Both the position numbers and the translations under genes were made by a program. A stretch of DNA of 64,000 nt from Anolis carolinensis (Eukaryota): contig NC_085843.1 in NCBI RefSeq assembly GCF_035594765.1, positions 242,645,971-242,709,970 on the forward strand. The letters are read 5' to 3'. This document shows, piece by piece, positions 1 through 12,433 of this stretch; position 1 is the stretch's first letter; each line of letters opens with the position of its first letter. The notes under the pieces were generated by a model, which was not told where the DNA came from, searched no databases, and saw nothing but the letters and a program-made list of their open reading frames with translations.

Positions 1-777
1 TGTGGAAGAAATGACACAGATTTTTCACTGTTATCACTGGTAAAAGATAGATGCTGGATCTGAGTAGTCTATTTATCCAAAGCCTAACTTCTGGGGACTA
101 CCCAGAGCTAATATGTCATGAGAAGGTTGACTTGGAAAACTGCCTATTGCTATCTACAAAAGTGATTTCTTATGTCAGCCTTCCCAGAACTCCAAGGGCA
201 ATGTCATCACCGCAACTGAACTAAGGCCCTAGAGAAATACGCTGCTTGTAGCCAGTGACTTTCCACAAGCGTCGGTAATAAATTCTTCAAGCCCCCAGAA
301 GTGCCATTGCTACTGTCATACCTTGGTAGCATTACAGCCAGAGAATCTAGTATCAAATATAAAAATCATTGCCCTAAACAAAACTTCTAAAAATCAGTGT
401 TTAATAACCAAATCACTTTCCTCTTGAACAGGGAAAGGGAACATATGGCCTTCCAAGTGCTGTTGGACTGAAGGACCCATGAACACTATCCAGTACAGCC
501 AAAGGTGAGATATGACAAGTGATGCAGTGTAAAATAACTGGGGGAGGTCACATTACCCAGAATTGCAATCAATGTGTTAATGTGATAGTGTAATCTTCTC
601 CATCCTGCTTACTTGAGGATGCAGCCTCTTGCCCTAAATGATAGTAACTCCTGATCTCACATGAACAACTTGGCAGCAAAAATATGTTTGCAACTAAACT
701 TCTTGTCACTGCTCCACTCTAATTGCAGAGGGGCAACACCAGAACTAAATATGCGAAAAGACAGCAAAAAAATGAAA

Positions 778-1109
778 GGTAAAAGGTAAAGGTTTTCCCC
801 CGACGTTAAGTTCAGTCGTGACCGACTCTGGGGGTTGGTGCTCATCTCCATTTCTAAACCGAAGAGCCGGCGTTGTCCATAGACACCTCCAAGGTCATTT
901 GGCCGGCATGACTGCATGGACCGCCGTTACCTTCCCACTGGAGCGGTACCTATTGATCTACTCACATTGGCATTTTTTTGAACTGCTAGGTTGGCAGGAG
1001 CTGGGGCTAACAGCGGGCACTCATTCCGCTCCCGGGATTTGAACCTGGGACCTTTTGGTCCACAAGTTCAGCAGCTCAGCGCTTTAACAAACTGTGCCAC
1101 CAGGGCCCC
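778..1109 (-). mobile_element. Sauria SINE, full length
   Basis: The minus strand starts GGGGCCCTGGTGGCACAG with a tRNA-like A box and B box GGTTCAAATCC, and ends in a BovB-type (ACCTTT)n tail. TSD ATGAAA at 772-777 and 1110-1115. Confidence 0.85.
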
Positions 1110-1792
1110 ATGAAAACATGGGGTTATATCAAGCATCCTTTTGCTAGAATAGTCATTCAATCATCTCTCTTTCATCAAGACCTCTACTTTTGCCCCAAAT
1201 CTGCTTCAAAGGGTGTGTGAGCATGCAGTGGGTTGCAAGAGGACAGAGAAGAAAGGAAACTTCTCATGTACGAACAGATGACCATTTGTGGAGTATAATT
1301 ATGTAGATTAAAGATTACAATGCAAGCTATCTTGACAAGCCATGCTAAACCATTATTTATGTTAGTCATGATTTATCAGTTAAGTCACAAATAGTGCTTC
1401 AGACAAACAAACCAGTTTGATTTTCCCTTTCTAGTCTGAATAGTGACGTGTTTAATAATGTTTAATGTTTTATTAATGGAGGGTCAACTTTGATGTTTTC
1501 TGCTGTTTTTTATCAAGGGCATTGAATTATTGCCAATACTGTGAACCGCTCTGAGTCCCCTTCGGGGTTGAGAAGGGTGGTATATACTGCAAATAAATAG
1601 GCTCCATGACACTTTGGTGGTATTTTTCAAGGACTGACAGATAAGACAAACATTGTGGCCAAAAGATATAGCTGCTACTGTAGGATGCAGAACTTTTATC
1701 TTAAATCAGTTTATGCATTTGTAATTATATGTGGTTGAGAGGGTATGTTTAGCCTGGAGAAAAGACTGACAGGCACTATGACAGCCCTATAT

Positions 1793-1996
1793 ACCAACAA
1801 AGGATTCCCCCAGGCAGGAATCGGCTAGACCTTGAGGCTGAAAGGCTTTTCGGTGCTAGTCGAGGTGGTTGATTTCAACATCCACACTTGCCTCGGACAG
1901 ACGGGAGTTCTTTCTCCCTCCCTGGGCTTTCCACAAATATATAAACCTCCCTTACTTAGTTTTGGACAAACCTCACAACCTCTGAAGATGCCTGCC
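1793..1996 (+). mobile_element. Penelope-like element pLTR fragment
   Basis: Matches the Penelope copies at 12620-13100 and 50070-50527 (aacaaaggattcccccaggcag...acctcacaacctctgaagatgcctgcc). It is truncated where the CR1 begins. Confidence 0.75.
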
Positions 1997-2674
1997 AAAA
2001 AGATCTTGGTGACCTCGTGGACAAATTAAACATGAGCCAACAATGTGATGCGGCTGCTTAAAAAGCCAACGGGATTTTGGCCGGCATCAATAGGAGTATG
2101 GTGTCTAGATCCTGGGAAGTCATGCTACCCCTCTATTCTGCCTTGATCAGACCACACCTGGAATCACACTGTGTCCAATTCTGGGCACCGCAATTGAAGG
2201 GAGATGTTGACAAGCTGGAATGTGTCCAGAGGAGGGCAACTAAAATGATCAAGGGTCTGGAGAACAAGCCCTATGAGGAGCGGCTTAAAGAACTGGGCAT
2301 GTTTAGCCTGCAGAAGAGAAGGCTGAGAGGAGACATGATAGCCATGTATAAATATGTGAGGGGAACTCATAGGGAGGAGGGAGCAAGCTTGTTTGCTACT
2401 GCCCTGCAGAATAGGACGCGGAACAATGGCTTCAAACTGCAGAAAAGGAGATTCCACCTGAACATTAGGAAGAACTTCCTAACTGTGAGAGCTGTTCGCC
2501 AGTGGAACTCTCTCCCCCAGACTGTGGTGGAGGCTCCTTCTTTGGAGGCTTTTAAGCAGAGGCTGGATGGCCATCTGTCGGGGGTGCTTTGAATGAGATT
2601 TTCCTGCTTCTTGCAGGGGGTTGGACTGGATGGCCCATGAGATCTCTTCCAACTCTACTATTCTATGATTCTAT
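1997..2674 (+). mobile_element. CR1 LINE, 5'-truncated (ORF2 C-terminus and 3' UTR)
   Basis: ORF 2077-2592 ([38 protein letters not shown]) is a CR1 ORF2 C-terminus. The element ends in ATTCTATG octamer repeats. Confidence 0.92.
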
Positions 2675-2705
2675 ATCCAAAAGACCAAAGGGCAATAATA
2701 TAGAT

Positions 2706-2840
2706 CAGTGGTTCTCAAACTGTGTGTACCCAGGTGTTTTGGCCTACAACTCCCAGAAATCCCAGCCAGTTTACCAGCTGCTAGGATTTCTGGGAGTTGA
2801 AGACCAAAACATCTGGGGACCCATAGGTTGAGAACCACTG
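2706..2840. mobile_element. SPIN-like non-autonomous hAT MITE
   Basis: TIRs CAGTGGTTCTCAA.../...TTGAGAACCACTG, palindromic body, 8-bp TSD ATATAGAT/ATGTAGAT. Confidence 0.8.
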
Positions 2841-4646
2841 ATGTAGATGGAGCATGTTGGTTTTGCTATTACAGCAGTAGAACCTAAACCAGTACTGTTC
2901 CATTATGCGAGCGGACTCCAAAAGGGGGCCTAGACAGAGGAGGATAGTTCATTTTATTGGAGTGGGGGCAGAGTCAAAGGAGGAAAACCATTTTCCCCAT
3001 TTTCACTTGTTATTCCCCCCTCCCATGTCATAAACTAGGATTGTTACGACTGTGACATGGGTGGGGGGAATGACAGGAAAATAGGAGGGAATGGTTTAAC
3101 TCTTTCAATCCCCCCCCCCCCAAATGGACTATCCTTCTCTGTCTAGTGTCCCCTTGTGGTCTCCACCTAGATAATGGAACAGTACCCTCAAACCAATATA
3201 TTGAAATAACAATAAAACAGATTCTAACTAAAGATTAGGGAAAAAATTCTGATGCTTATAGTGGTCCATTACCTGAAAGACAGCAAGTCCTTTTTTGCTA
3301 GATTTTAAAGAGATGCTTTAGCAATGCATTCTGCATTAATGGAGGTTGCACTGACTTATCCTTGAAGGCCTTTCCACCTCTAAAACTCTATGATTTTACT
3401 GACTTTTGTCATATTTGAAGTGATATAAATATCACTTTACCATTATATAAACCACTGGGGGTAGAAAATATAATAACTTTTATATTAAATATTACGTACA
3501 GTCATGAAGGGACCTGCAGATGAGGAAAGCTTTTTTCAGTGGAGAAGACATGGAAATGACTCCCTGAACAAAGAAAGTTTGAAAAACACTCTCACTCATC
3601 ATCATGTAAAGTACTTGTTATATGTGGCTTGAAAAAAATTCCAAAGTAACATTTCCATTATTTTCTAGGCACTCAAGAAGAGTTTTGCTTTAAAAAGTTT
3701 GCAAATATTTTGCTGTCTCTGTATGAAAAAAGTTGAATGGCATAAAAATCTACTCATAATAAAAATACATTCCAACAGAGCTACAGATATACAGTGTTCA
3801 AAGATAGATCATTTATATTTTGTTACACTGCACACATATTCAGATAGCAGTTTATATCTTAGATACTGTCTTACAAATTAATTTATTATTATGTCGTCTG
3901 CCTGTGCTAGTAATATGAAAGCTGGGGTTAGTTCTGCATTTCTGTGTTCAGAGAACAAACAGGAGAAATCAAGTAAAAATGTAACCAATTGATACACCTA
4001 ATCCACAGTGCTAAACTGCCATTATTCATGCCCAGCTGAGAGAAAGAAAAAATTCTTGCAACCCTGCTTGACTTAAAAGGCACAGAATTTAGAAAAGACT
4101 ATAAAATGATGTCCTAAGATGTTTCAGAGTAAAAGCCAACATTGTGCCATTTTAAATACTACAAACAGCTGTCTTCCAGCTGCTATATGCACCCACTAGG
4201 TTTTGCTTCAGATTCTGCAATCTAAATTTTTTGCAATTCAGTATTATCTTTCAAGCAAGCAACTAAGTAAGTAAAACACATAAAGGGGATAACTAAAGTA
4301 CAATATCCACTACCTCTTCCACATGCAGAAGTCTGCATTTGTTCAAGGGCAGAATAAACTATGTCCTGAGGCTAAACTACAATTGCAAGGCTAAGGATAA
4401 AATGATGAAGAACAGGAATGGGAATACCAATATAGAAAATGGAAATGCTTCTGTAGGTATTAAGTATTAAGTAAAAATGTGCAAAAAGGGGAGACACAAA
4501 CTGGAATAATTTGTCTTTTGAGACTGCCAGTTGCCTTTCTCTTGGAAACACAGAACTATCTATTCTCTTCTTTAAAAGTTTGATACAACATCCTAATGTC
4601 TAAGGCAGCAAGCTGAAAACATCCCTTCAGGTGATCAAGAACCAAT

Positions 4647-4931
4647 TTTTAAAATTTTATTTTTAATTTTTTTCGTGTCAGGAGCAACCGGAGCTACTTC
4701 TGGAGTGAGAGAATTGGCCGTCTGCAAGGACGTTGCCCAGGGGACGCCCAGATGTTTTGATGTTTTACCATCCTTGTGGGAGGCTTCTCTCATGTCCACG
4801 CATGGAGCTGGAGCTGATAGAGGGAGCTCATCCATGCTCTCCCCGGGTGGGATTCGAACCTGGCAGCCTTCAGGTCAGCAACCCAACCTTCAAGTCACAA
4901 GGCTTTTATCCTCTAGGCCATCAAAGGCTCC
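4647..4931 (-). mobile_element. tRNA-derived SINE with a Vingi-like 3' tail
   Basis: The minus strand has B box GGTTCGAATCCC. Its 3' end GGTTGCTCCTGACACGAAAAA resembles the Vingi 3' end at ~12407-12433. Perfect 13-bp TSD ATCAAGAACCAAT at 4634-4646 and 4932-4944. Confidence 0.8.
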
Positions 4932-5329
4932 ATCAAGAACCAATGAAGAAGGCACTTCCTAGTTGTCATCCAAGGGCAGTAGCATTTTTGACATTTCCAA
5001 AGTCTCTACAGATGGTGCAAAATGTTCAATATCTAGGTTGTATTAATCATGATTTAAAAAGCCAGAATAGTTTCAGATAATGAGAATCTATGACAACAAG
5101 ACTGTGGTCCTCTTACTCTCTTTGGCCTATCTTGTCAGCTCAGTCCTACACACCATCCCACCAAGCTGATAGGGATGGCAGGTGATAAATTCCATCTGGA
5201 TGTCATAGAAAGGACAACAGGGCCTTCTACCTACTCACTCAACTTCAGTCAAAATGAGCCACCTCTTCCTAATCACTTGCTCACGAGCACTCTGTCTCTG
5301 GATAGCACAACAGTAAGAATTGGATCCAA

Positions 5330-5500
5330 CAAACCCAATCCTCTCTTCTGGATCGCTATGTATTTTATGAATGTTATTTTACTGTTATTGTTTTAATTAT
5401 ATATGCTGCCGTCATATTGTTTTATCCGTTGATCGGGCTTGGTCCCCATGTGAACCGCTCTGAGTCCCCTCGGGGAGATGGAAGCGGGTTATAAATAAAG
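5330..5500 (+). mobile_element. L2 LINE 3'-end fragment
   Basis: L2-type terminal stem-loop CCGCTCTGAGTCCCCTCGGGGAGATGGAAGCGGGTTATAAATAAA. Similar tails lie near 1545, 8690, 17105, 21985, 25665 and 31520. Confidence 0.65.
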
Positions 5501-5514
5501 TTATTATTATTATT

Positions 5515-6815
5515 TTATTGTATGACACAGCAAACAAGATAGATATGCTGGATTTCGTATCACAAAATCACAAGTCAAACACTTCCCAAGTGTCTAGGAC
5601 TGTGTGATGTATTTTCGGATGATGCGCGCAGATCCCAGTAGGGTGGCCTTTTGCAGTTGCCAGATTGTAATTTTGTCAATGTCTATTATTTCCAAATGCC
5701 AGCTGAGATCTTTCGGCACGGCACCCAATGTGCCAATCACCACCGGGACCACCTGCACTGGTTTCTGCCAGAGTCTTTGAAGTTCAGTCTTGAGGTCCTG
5801 ATAGCAGCTGAGTTTTTCCTGTTGTTTTTCGTCAATGCAAAGTGTCACCTGGGATGGCAACATCAATGATCCAAACCTTTTTCTTTTCCACAACTGTGAT
5901 GTCTGGTGTGTTGTGTTCAAGAACTTTGTCAGTCTGGATTCGGAAGTCCCACAGTATCTTTGCGTTCTCATTTTCCAATACTTTTGCAGGTTTGTGATCC
6001 CACCAGTTCTTTACTGCTGGAAGATGGTACTTGAGGCATAAGTTCCAATGAATCATTTGGGCCACATAGTTGTGCCTCTGTTTGTAGTCTGTCTGTGCGA
6101 TTTTCTTACAGCAGCTGAGGATATGATCAATGGTTTCGTCGGTTTCCTTGCAGAGTCTGCATTTTGGATCATCAGCTGATTTTTCAATCTTGGCCTAAAT
6201 TGCATTTGTTCTGATGGCTTACTCCTGGGTTACAAGGATCAGGCCTTCTGTCTCCTTCTTCAGTGTCCCATTTGTGAGCCATAGCCAGCTTTATCAGCTT
6301 TTCCTTCAATTTTGTCAAGGAACTTTCCATGCAATGTTTTGTTGTGCCAGCTGTCAACTCTAGTTTGTAGTGCAGTTTTCTTGTACTGATTTTTTTGTCT
6401 GCTGTGCTTTGAGGAGTTTCTGATTTTTAACTTCAATCAAAACAGGTTCTTCACCTTGCTTTACATATTCTGACAGGGCATGTTCTTCTTTTGACTGCTT
6501 GTTTTACTTGTAAAAGTCCTCTGCCACCAAATCTTCTAGGCAGATATAGCCCGTCAACATCATTGCAAGGGTGCAGTGAGTGATGAATGATCATAAGTTT
6601 TCTTGCTTTTTTGTCCAAATTGTCCAGTTCCACCTGTGTCCAGTTTATAATGCCAGCAATATATCTTATGACAGGTATGGCCCAAGTGTTTATGGCCTTG
6701 ATGGTGTTGCCTCCATTGAGCTTGCTTTTGAGAATTTTTCTGACCCTTTGTGTGTATTATTTCCTATCTACAGTTTTCACATATTCATGCTTGATGTTGT
6801 CCAGCTGTAATATGC
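5515..6815 (-). mobile_element. R4/Dong-clade non-LTR retrotransposon, 5'-truncated and frameshifted
   Basis: Minus-strand ORF pieces encode the end of RT (LDKKARKLM..HHSLHP..LYLPRRFGGRGL), a CCHC finger (CRLCKETDETIDHILSCC) and a restriction-like endonuclease (HNTPDITVVEKKKVWIIDVAIP). (TAA)n repeats flank both sides. Confidence 0.85.
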
Positions 6816-7078
6816 AATATGTAATATTATTATTATTATTATTATTATTAGGTGGAAGAAGACAAGTAGGGAGAGGAAGTGGTTGTTTCTCTGCTTAGAA
6901 AGCAGCCAAGGGTCCAAATCCTATCCATTCTTCTTCCAAAGGAGATGGCAAGTAAGGATACAGAGCCTTCCAGAGGAATGATACATGCCTTGCAGAAGAA
7001 TGGTTCAGATGTTACAATACAAATGAGTGGAACAAATTACTTAATCCCACCACCTGAGCTCTTTAAAAAGAAAGTGCA

Positions 7079-7300
7079 GGGTGCATCTCTATTTCAAAAT
7101 AATTTCAGTTTGACACCACTTTAACTGCCATGGCTCAATGCTATGGAATCCTGGGAGTGATCGTTTTACCAGGATTCTAGCTTTCTCTACCAAAGAGTGC
7201 TGGTGCCCCACTAAACTATGACTCCCAGGATTCCATGTTTTTGAACCATGGCAGTTAAATTGGTGTCAAACTGAAATCATTTTACGACGTAGATGCACCC
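7079..7300. mobile_element. PIF/Harbinger-like palindromic MITE (GGGTGCATCTACAC family)
   Basis: Termini GGGTGCATCT.../...GTAGATGCACCC. Related copies at ~7727-7947, 7972-8157 and 26121-26323. Confidence 0.6.
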
Positions 7301-9203
7301 ACTGGCAAAGCAGTGAGAGAGAGGGAAAGTGTCTGTTGCACAAAAAGCCACATCAGTCCATTTAGATGCTTGCACTGCCTAAAGGGGGAAGTGCGTGGAC
7401 AATTTCACAGACAGATACACATTGCTGCATGTGATGTTGCAGAGCCCTCTTCTTATGCAGGCCAGACAGACAGTGAGGAAACAAGAAAGAAGCAGTCCTC
7501 ACTTTCCCCACTTCTTAAAAATGTAAGTGCTGCGCTGGATCACACTGAAGGCATGTCTTGTCAGCCCATTCTGATCCTCCAGTGGCTAATTATGGTCCCT
7601 ATGGAAAACTCACAAGGGCTCTCCTGCTTCATTTTCCCAGATGTCAGAGGCATGCAACCATCAAGACTAGTAGCCATTTGGCACACACTTCCAACTTTTC
7701 TTGGCTCCACAAGCAGAGCCACTATGGATACATCAACACTGCAGTATTAGTACAGCTTGATATTACTTTTAACTTCCATGGCTCAGTGTTATGGCATCTT
7801 GGGTGCTGTAGTTTTATAAGGCCTTTAGCCCTCTCTGCTAAAGGGTGCTAATGCCTCATCAAACTATAAATCTCAGGTTTCCATAGCATTGAGCTATGGA
7901 GTTAATGTGGTGTCAACCTGCTTTCTTCCTATGATGTAGGTGAACTCTAGTTACCAGTGATCTACCTCTCAGAGTGTATCTACATTATAGATTCAATGCA
8001 GTTTGCCACTGCTTTAACTGCTTTGATTCAATGTCATCGAATCCTTAGAGCTGATGTTTTACATGGTCTTTTGCCTTCTCTGCTAAAGACTGCTGGTGTT
8101 TCATTGAGCTATATTAGGGGTGTCAATGTATATTAATTCTACATTGTAGGTGCACCCTGGGTGGCTTTTAAAGCCCAAACTAACTAGGCTTAAAAAGGCC
8201 AGGGAGCGGTGAGGGTATGAGTGGTGAGAATCTTTGAAGTCACCGTTCGCCTGCCCACAAACAGCAGCGCTGCAGCTGCGTCACCTGCCCCCAGAGATGG
8301 AGGAGCAGGAGGAGGAGGAAGTGTGACTGTGAACAGAGCAAACAAGGCTCAGAAAGTGTTGTCCCGCTGGGCTGATTGAACCTTTCCTACAAAAAACACC
8401 CCCACACTATGGGAGAAATAGGCTTCAATGTCTGCAACCAAGAGTTTTGTCTATGTGTCTGAAAGAGCGGGAAGTCCCCTTCCCAAGCCAGCCTCTTCCC
8501 GACTGAAACACATCCTCCTCCCAGCTTCATCTTAAAATATAAGAAGTTTGGGGGGGGGGGGGGGGAGGACTCATGATACATCTACACACTTGAACTGATG
8601 TAGTTTGACACCACTTTAACTGCAACAAGTGAGTGCTATGTAATCTCTGAAATTGCAAAGGAATGAGTGAGGCTTTATTTCTATCCCACCCTATCTCCCC
8701 AGTGGAGACTCAGGGCGGCTTACAACACATAGAGAGACAAACATTCAATACCATATAAAAATACAAAATAACATAAACTGAAAGATAAAACCCAATGTAC
8801 ATTTACACAAGCAACAAAGACAACCAGAAAATTGAACACAGGCTAACAAATTCACATTATAACCATTTCATATTTAACAATTTTTTAAAATTTAGAGTTT
8901 AAAAAATTAAATTAAAACCATTAAAAGCCAAATCCATATTCCACTTCTTCTTGTCCATTTTTGCAAAGTATTTCAAGTATCCTCCTCTCCATAGGCCTCT
9001 GTACACAGAAATGTCTTCATTCTTTATATAAATGTATATTGTTTGACAAAAGAGTGCTGGTGCCTCACAAAATTACTAATCTCCAGATCTCATAGCACTA
9101 TATTATGACAGTTAAATTGGTGTCAACTTCTACAAGTCATTGATGTAGCCCCAATCTCTAAATAGAAGATTGTATGGGGCTGAAACTTAGGGTGCATCTA
9201 CAC

Positions 9204-9307
9204 CAGGCATGGGCAAACTTCGACCCTCCATGTGTTTTGGACTAGGCTGTTAGGAATTGTGGGAGTTGGAGTCCAAAACACCTGAAGGGCTGGTCTGCTC
9301 ATGCCTG
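9204..9307. mobile_element. hAT MITE (CAGGCATGGGCAAACT TIR) inserted in a Harbinger-MITE terminus
   Basis: Termini CAGGCATG...CATGCCTG follow directly after GGGTGCATCTACAC. Confidence 0.7.
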
Positions 9308-9337
9308 CTTACACTGTCAAAATCATGCATTCCGACT

Positions 9338-9700
9338 CACAGAAACACCTCAGCAAGTGAGAGTCCAAAAGTGGCAGGCTGAAATCTGGAACCTTAATCA
9401 GGGGCTGAGACCAGATAAGAAACTCCTCTTTGGACACACAGAAGACTGCGCTCTGGCACCATGAGATTCAGAGCTAACTTTAAGAAATGGGGCTACCAAA
9501 GAGGAGTCCATGACATGTGAGTGTGGAAAAGACCAACCAGACCACTTACTACCATGCAGTCTGAGCCCTGCACAATGGAGGACCTTCTCACAGCAACACC
9601 AGAGGCACTCCAAATTACCAGGTTTTTAACTTTGTCTATGGTTTTTCTATACATTATAACTGTATTCTCAATTCGCTTCTGACATGATAAATAAAAATAA
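9338..9700 (+). mobile_element. Vingi (Ingi-related) LINE 3' fragment
   Basis: Degenerate ...ANFKKWGY..TCECGK..DHLLPCSLSP CCHC-like C-terminus, ending TTCGCTTCTGACATGATAAATAAA. A second copy lies at 11612-12433. Confidence 0.65.
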
Positions 9701-10869
9701 ATGCATTCCGGAACCACTTTAACTGCCAAGGCTCAATGCTATGGAATCCAGGAAATTGCAGTGAGACACCAGCACTCTTTGAGCAGAAAAGACTTTGTAA
9801 AAACTGCAAGTCGAAATGATTCCATAGTACTGAGCCATGGCAGTGAGAAGTGGTGTCAGACTCCATTAATTCAACAGTTGTTATAAAACTACACCACCCA
9901 CGATCCTATAGTATTGAGCCACAGATGTAGAAAGTGTCAAAGTGCACTAATTATAGTATAAATATATCCTTTATAGGACAAAAACTCCCACGATCCCCAC
10001 AGAACTAAAGAGCCATGGTGTCAACATTCATCAGTGTAGACCAGACGTGGGCAAACTTGTGCCCTCCAGGTGTTTGGGACTTCAACTCCTACAACTCCTA
10101 AGTTGTAGAATCTTACAGCTCGAAGGGACCCCCAAAGGCCATCTACTCCACCACCTATAGATAGAATCCTAGGTTAGAATCATAGCATCCTCGAGTTGGA
10201 AGGGACCCTCAAAGGCCATCTAGTCCAACCCCCTTTTGCCTGGCAGGAACACAATTTGATCCCTCCCAACAGATGGCCAGCCAGCCACACAGACATAACA
10301 AGGTCCATGGAGAAATAGAGCTAGAGGACCCTAGAGTTGGGAGAGACCCCCACAAGGGGCCAAGCAATATAACCTCTTTAATGCTGGAAGACACCACTGC
10401 TGGGACCTCAATCTGTGAAGACTGTGTGTTGACCGGCCGTGCACCGACCTCCACACATTTAAAAAAAATCACGCACTGGCGTCTTCCAAGAAATGGAGGA
10501 CCATCATCCTCGAACTACGAGGGATCGCCTAAGAAGAAGAAAGACACAATCTGATCCCTCCCGTCCGATGGCCATACAACCGCACAGTCATTAGAAGGTC
10601 CATGGAGAAATAAACCTATAGAACCCTAGAGTTGTATTTAAGTTGTATTGCAATGCTTTTAATTTTGAACCGCTTTGAGTTTCTGAATGGAGAGAAAAAG
10701 CGGGATATAAATAAACATAATACAACTCCTAACAGCCAATTGTGGGAGTTGAAGTCCAAAAAACCTGCAGGGCCCAAGTTTGCCTAGGCCAGGTGTAGAT
10801 GCAGGAATCACGAAGCGAAGCATCTGTAAGGAGAGCCAGTTTTTCGGTGCGTTTCTTTCTTTCTTCTTC

Positions 10870-11390
10870 TTTTGAGGCGACCTGAAATGTCGCCTGGAGG
10901 AAGCAAGCAGAAGAAAAGCCCTTCCTCCTTCTCATGTATTGGTATAGCTGATGGGGCGTTATATGGGTCAAAAAGAACACTCCCCATTCCCTCACAAGGC
11001 TGCCTTCCTCAGTCGGGACTTCGTGAGGCAGAGGCTCCTCGGGGCCTGCTTCCAGCGGGCCCTTTTTCCTCCGGCTCAGAAGCCCAGGCTCTCCTCAGGC
11101 ACCTTGCTTTCTTTCCCTCCCCTTCCCCTGAGAGAAAGGGGCCCCCTCCTCCGACTCACCGAGGCCCAGCTGCTCCTTGCTCCGGGCCCTGGGACACTCG
11201 AGGGCAGGGCGCGGCCTCCTCCTCTCCGACAATGGCGGGGAGGGCCCACCGGGAGGCAGAGAGAGAGAGAGAGAGAACGAACGAGGAAGGCAGCCAGTCA
11301 AGCAGCGGAACCGCCGCGCGTGGCCACAGCCCAGGACCGGAAGGGGCGGAGCCACGCGGTCCAAGCAGAGGTGGGCGGGGAGAATGAGAG
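10870..11390 (-). promoter_or_regulatory. PAK2: CpG island with a probable non-coding exon 1 of PAK2 (donor after 11160)
   Basis: GC/CpG-rich segment with GC boxes (GGGGCGGAG, GGGCGGGG) and a consensus donor CG|GTGAGT at 11160/11159 on the minus strand. Identity is inferred from the conserved order NRROS-CEP19-PIGX-PAK2. No PAK2 coding exon was seen in the window. Confidence 0.6.
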
Positions 11391-11395
11391 AGAGA

Positions 11396-11429
<34 letters not shown>
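11386..11429. repeat. (GA)n microsatellite
   Basis: Direct reading. A second (GA)n tract lies at ~11258-11276. Confidence 0.9.
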
Positions 11430-11431
<2 letters not shown>

Positions 11432-11611
11432 AAGCCTGTGCTGCAGCTGTACTAAAAACCAGGCATGAACAAACTTGGGCCCTCCGGGTGTTTTGGACTT
11501 CAACTCTCACAACTCCTAACAGTCCAAAACACCCGGAGGGCCCAAGTTTGCCCATTCCTGGTTTGCCCACGCCTTAAATCAAGAAACCGTTTTCTAAGAT
11601 CTACAGAGATA

Positions 11612-12433
11612 CTCACAGGAACACCTCAGCAAGCAAGAGTCCAAAAGTGGCTGATACCGAATGAGAGACTTTTGAGCACACAGGAGACTGGGCGACTTGA
11701 AAAGCACGGAACAGACTGTGCTCTAGCACCAAGAGATGCAGAGCCAACCTTAAGAAATGGGGCCACAACGAGGAGTCCACGGCATGTGAGTGTGGTGGAG
11801 AAGAGCAAACCACAGACTTCCTATTCATTTATTTATTGCAGGCCACCTATTTATTTATTTATTTACCATATTTAGGTAAAGGTAAAGGTTTCCCCTGACG
11901 TTAAGTCCAGTCATGTCCGACTCTGGGGGTCGGTGCTCATCTCCATTTCTAAGCCAAAGAGCCGTTGTTGTCTGTAAACACCTCCAAGGTCATGTGGCCG
12001 GCATGACTGCATGGACCGCCGTCACCTTCCCGCTGGAGCAGTACCTATTGATCTACTCACATTTGCATGTATTCGCACTGCTAGGTTGGCAGAAGCTAGA
12101 GCTAACAGCGGGCGCTCACTCTGCTCCCTGAATTTGAACCTGCGACCTTTCGCTCTGCAAGTTCAGCAGCTCAGTGCTTTAACACACTGCAGGCTCCATA
12201 TTTATATCCCGCCTTTCTCAACCCCTGGGGGGAGTCAAAGCAGCTATTACAATGCAGCCTGAGCCCTGCCACACTCACAATGGAGGACCTTATAGCAATA
12301 CCAGAGGCACTCCCAAGTGGCCAGCTACTGGTCAAAGAACATTTAGTATAATACTAAGATTTTTAACTTTGATTGTGTCTTTAAATACATTACAACTGTA
12401 CCCTTGGTTCGCTTCTGACATGATAAAAAAAAT
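11612..12433 (+). mobile_element. Vingi 3' fragment interrupted by an L2-tail fragment and a Sauria SINE
   Basis: Vingi sequence stops at ~11817 (CECGGEEQTTD) and resumes at ~12245 (LQCSLSP), running to the GCTTCTGACATGATAAAAAAA end. Confidence 0.65.
11875..12196 (-). mobile_element. Sauria SINE
   Basis: Near-identical to 778-1109, with a (ACCTTT)n tail and TSD CATATTTA. Confidence 0.85.

Noticed and set aside
10872-11875. Overlapping 90-208 aa ORFs on both strands
   Set aside because: These are GC-rich CpG-island, (GA)n and MITE artefacts with low-complexity peptides and no recognisable domain.
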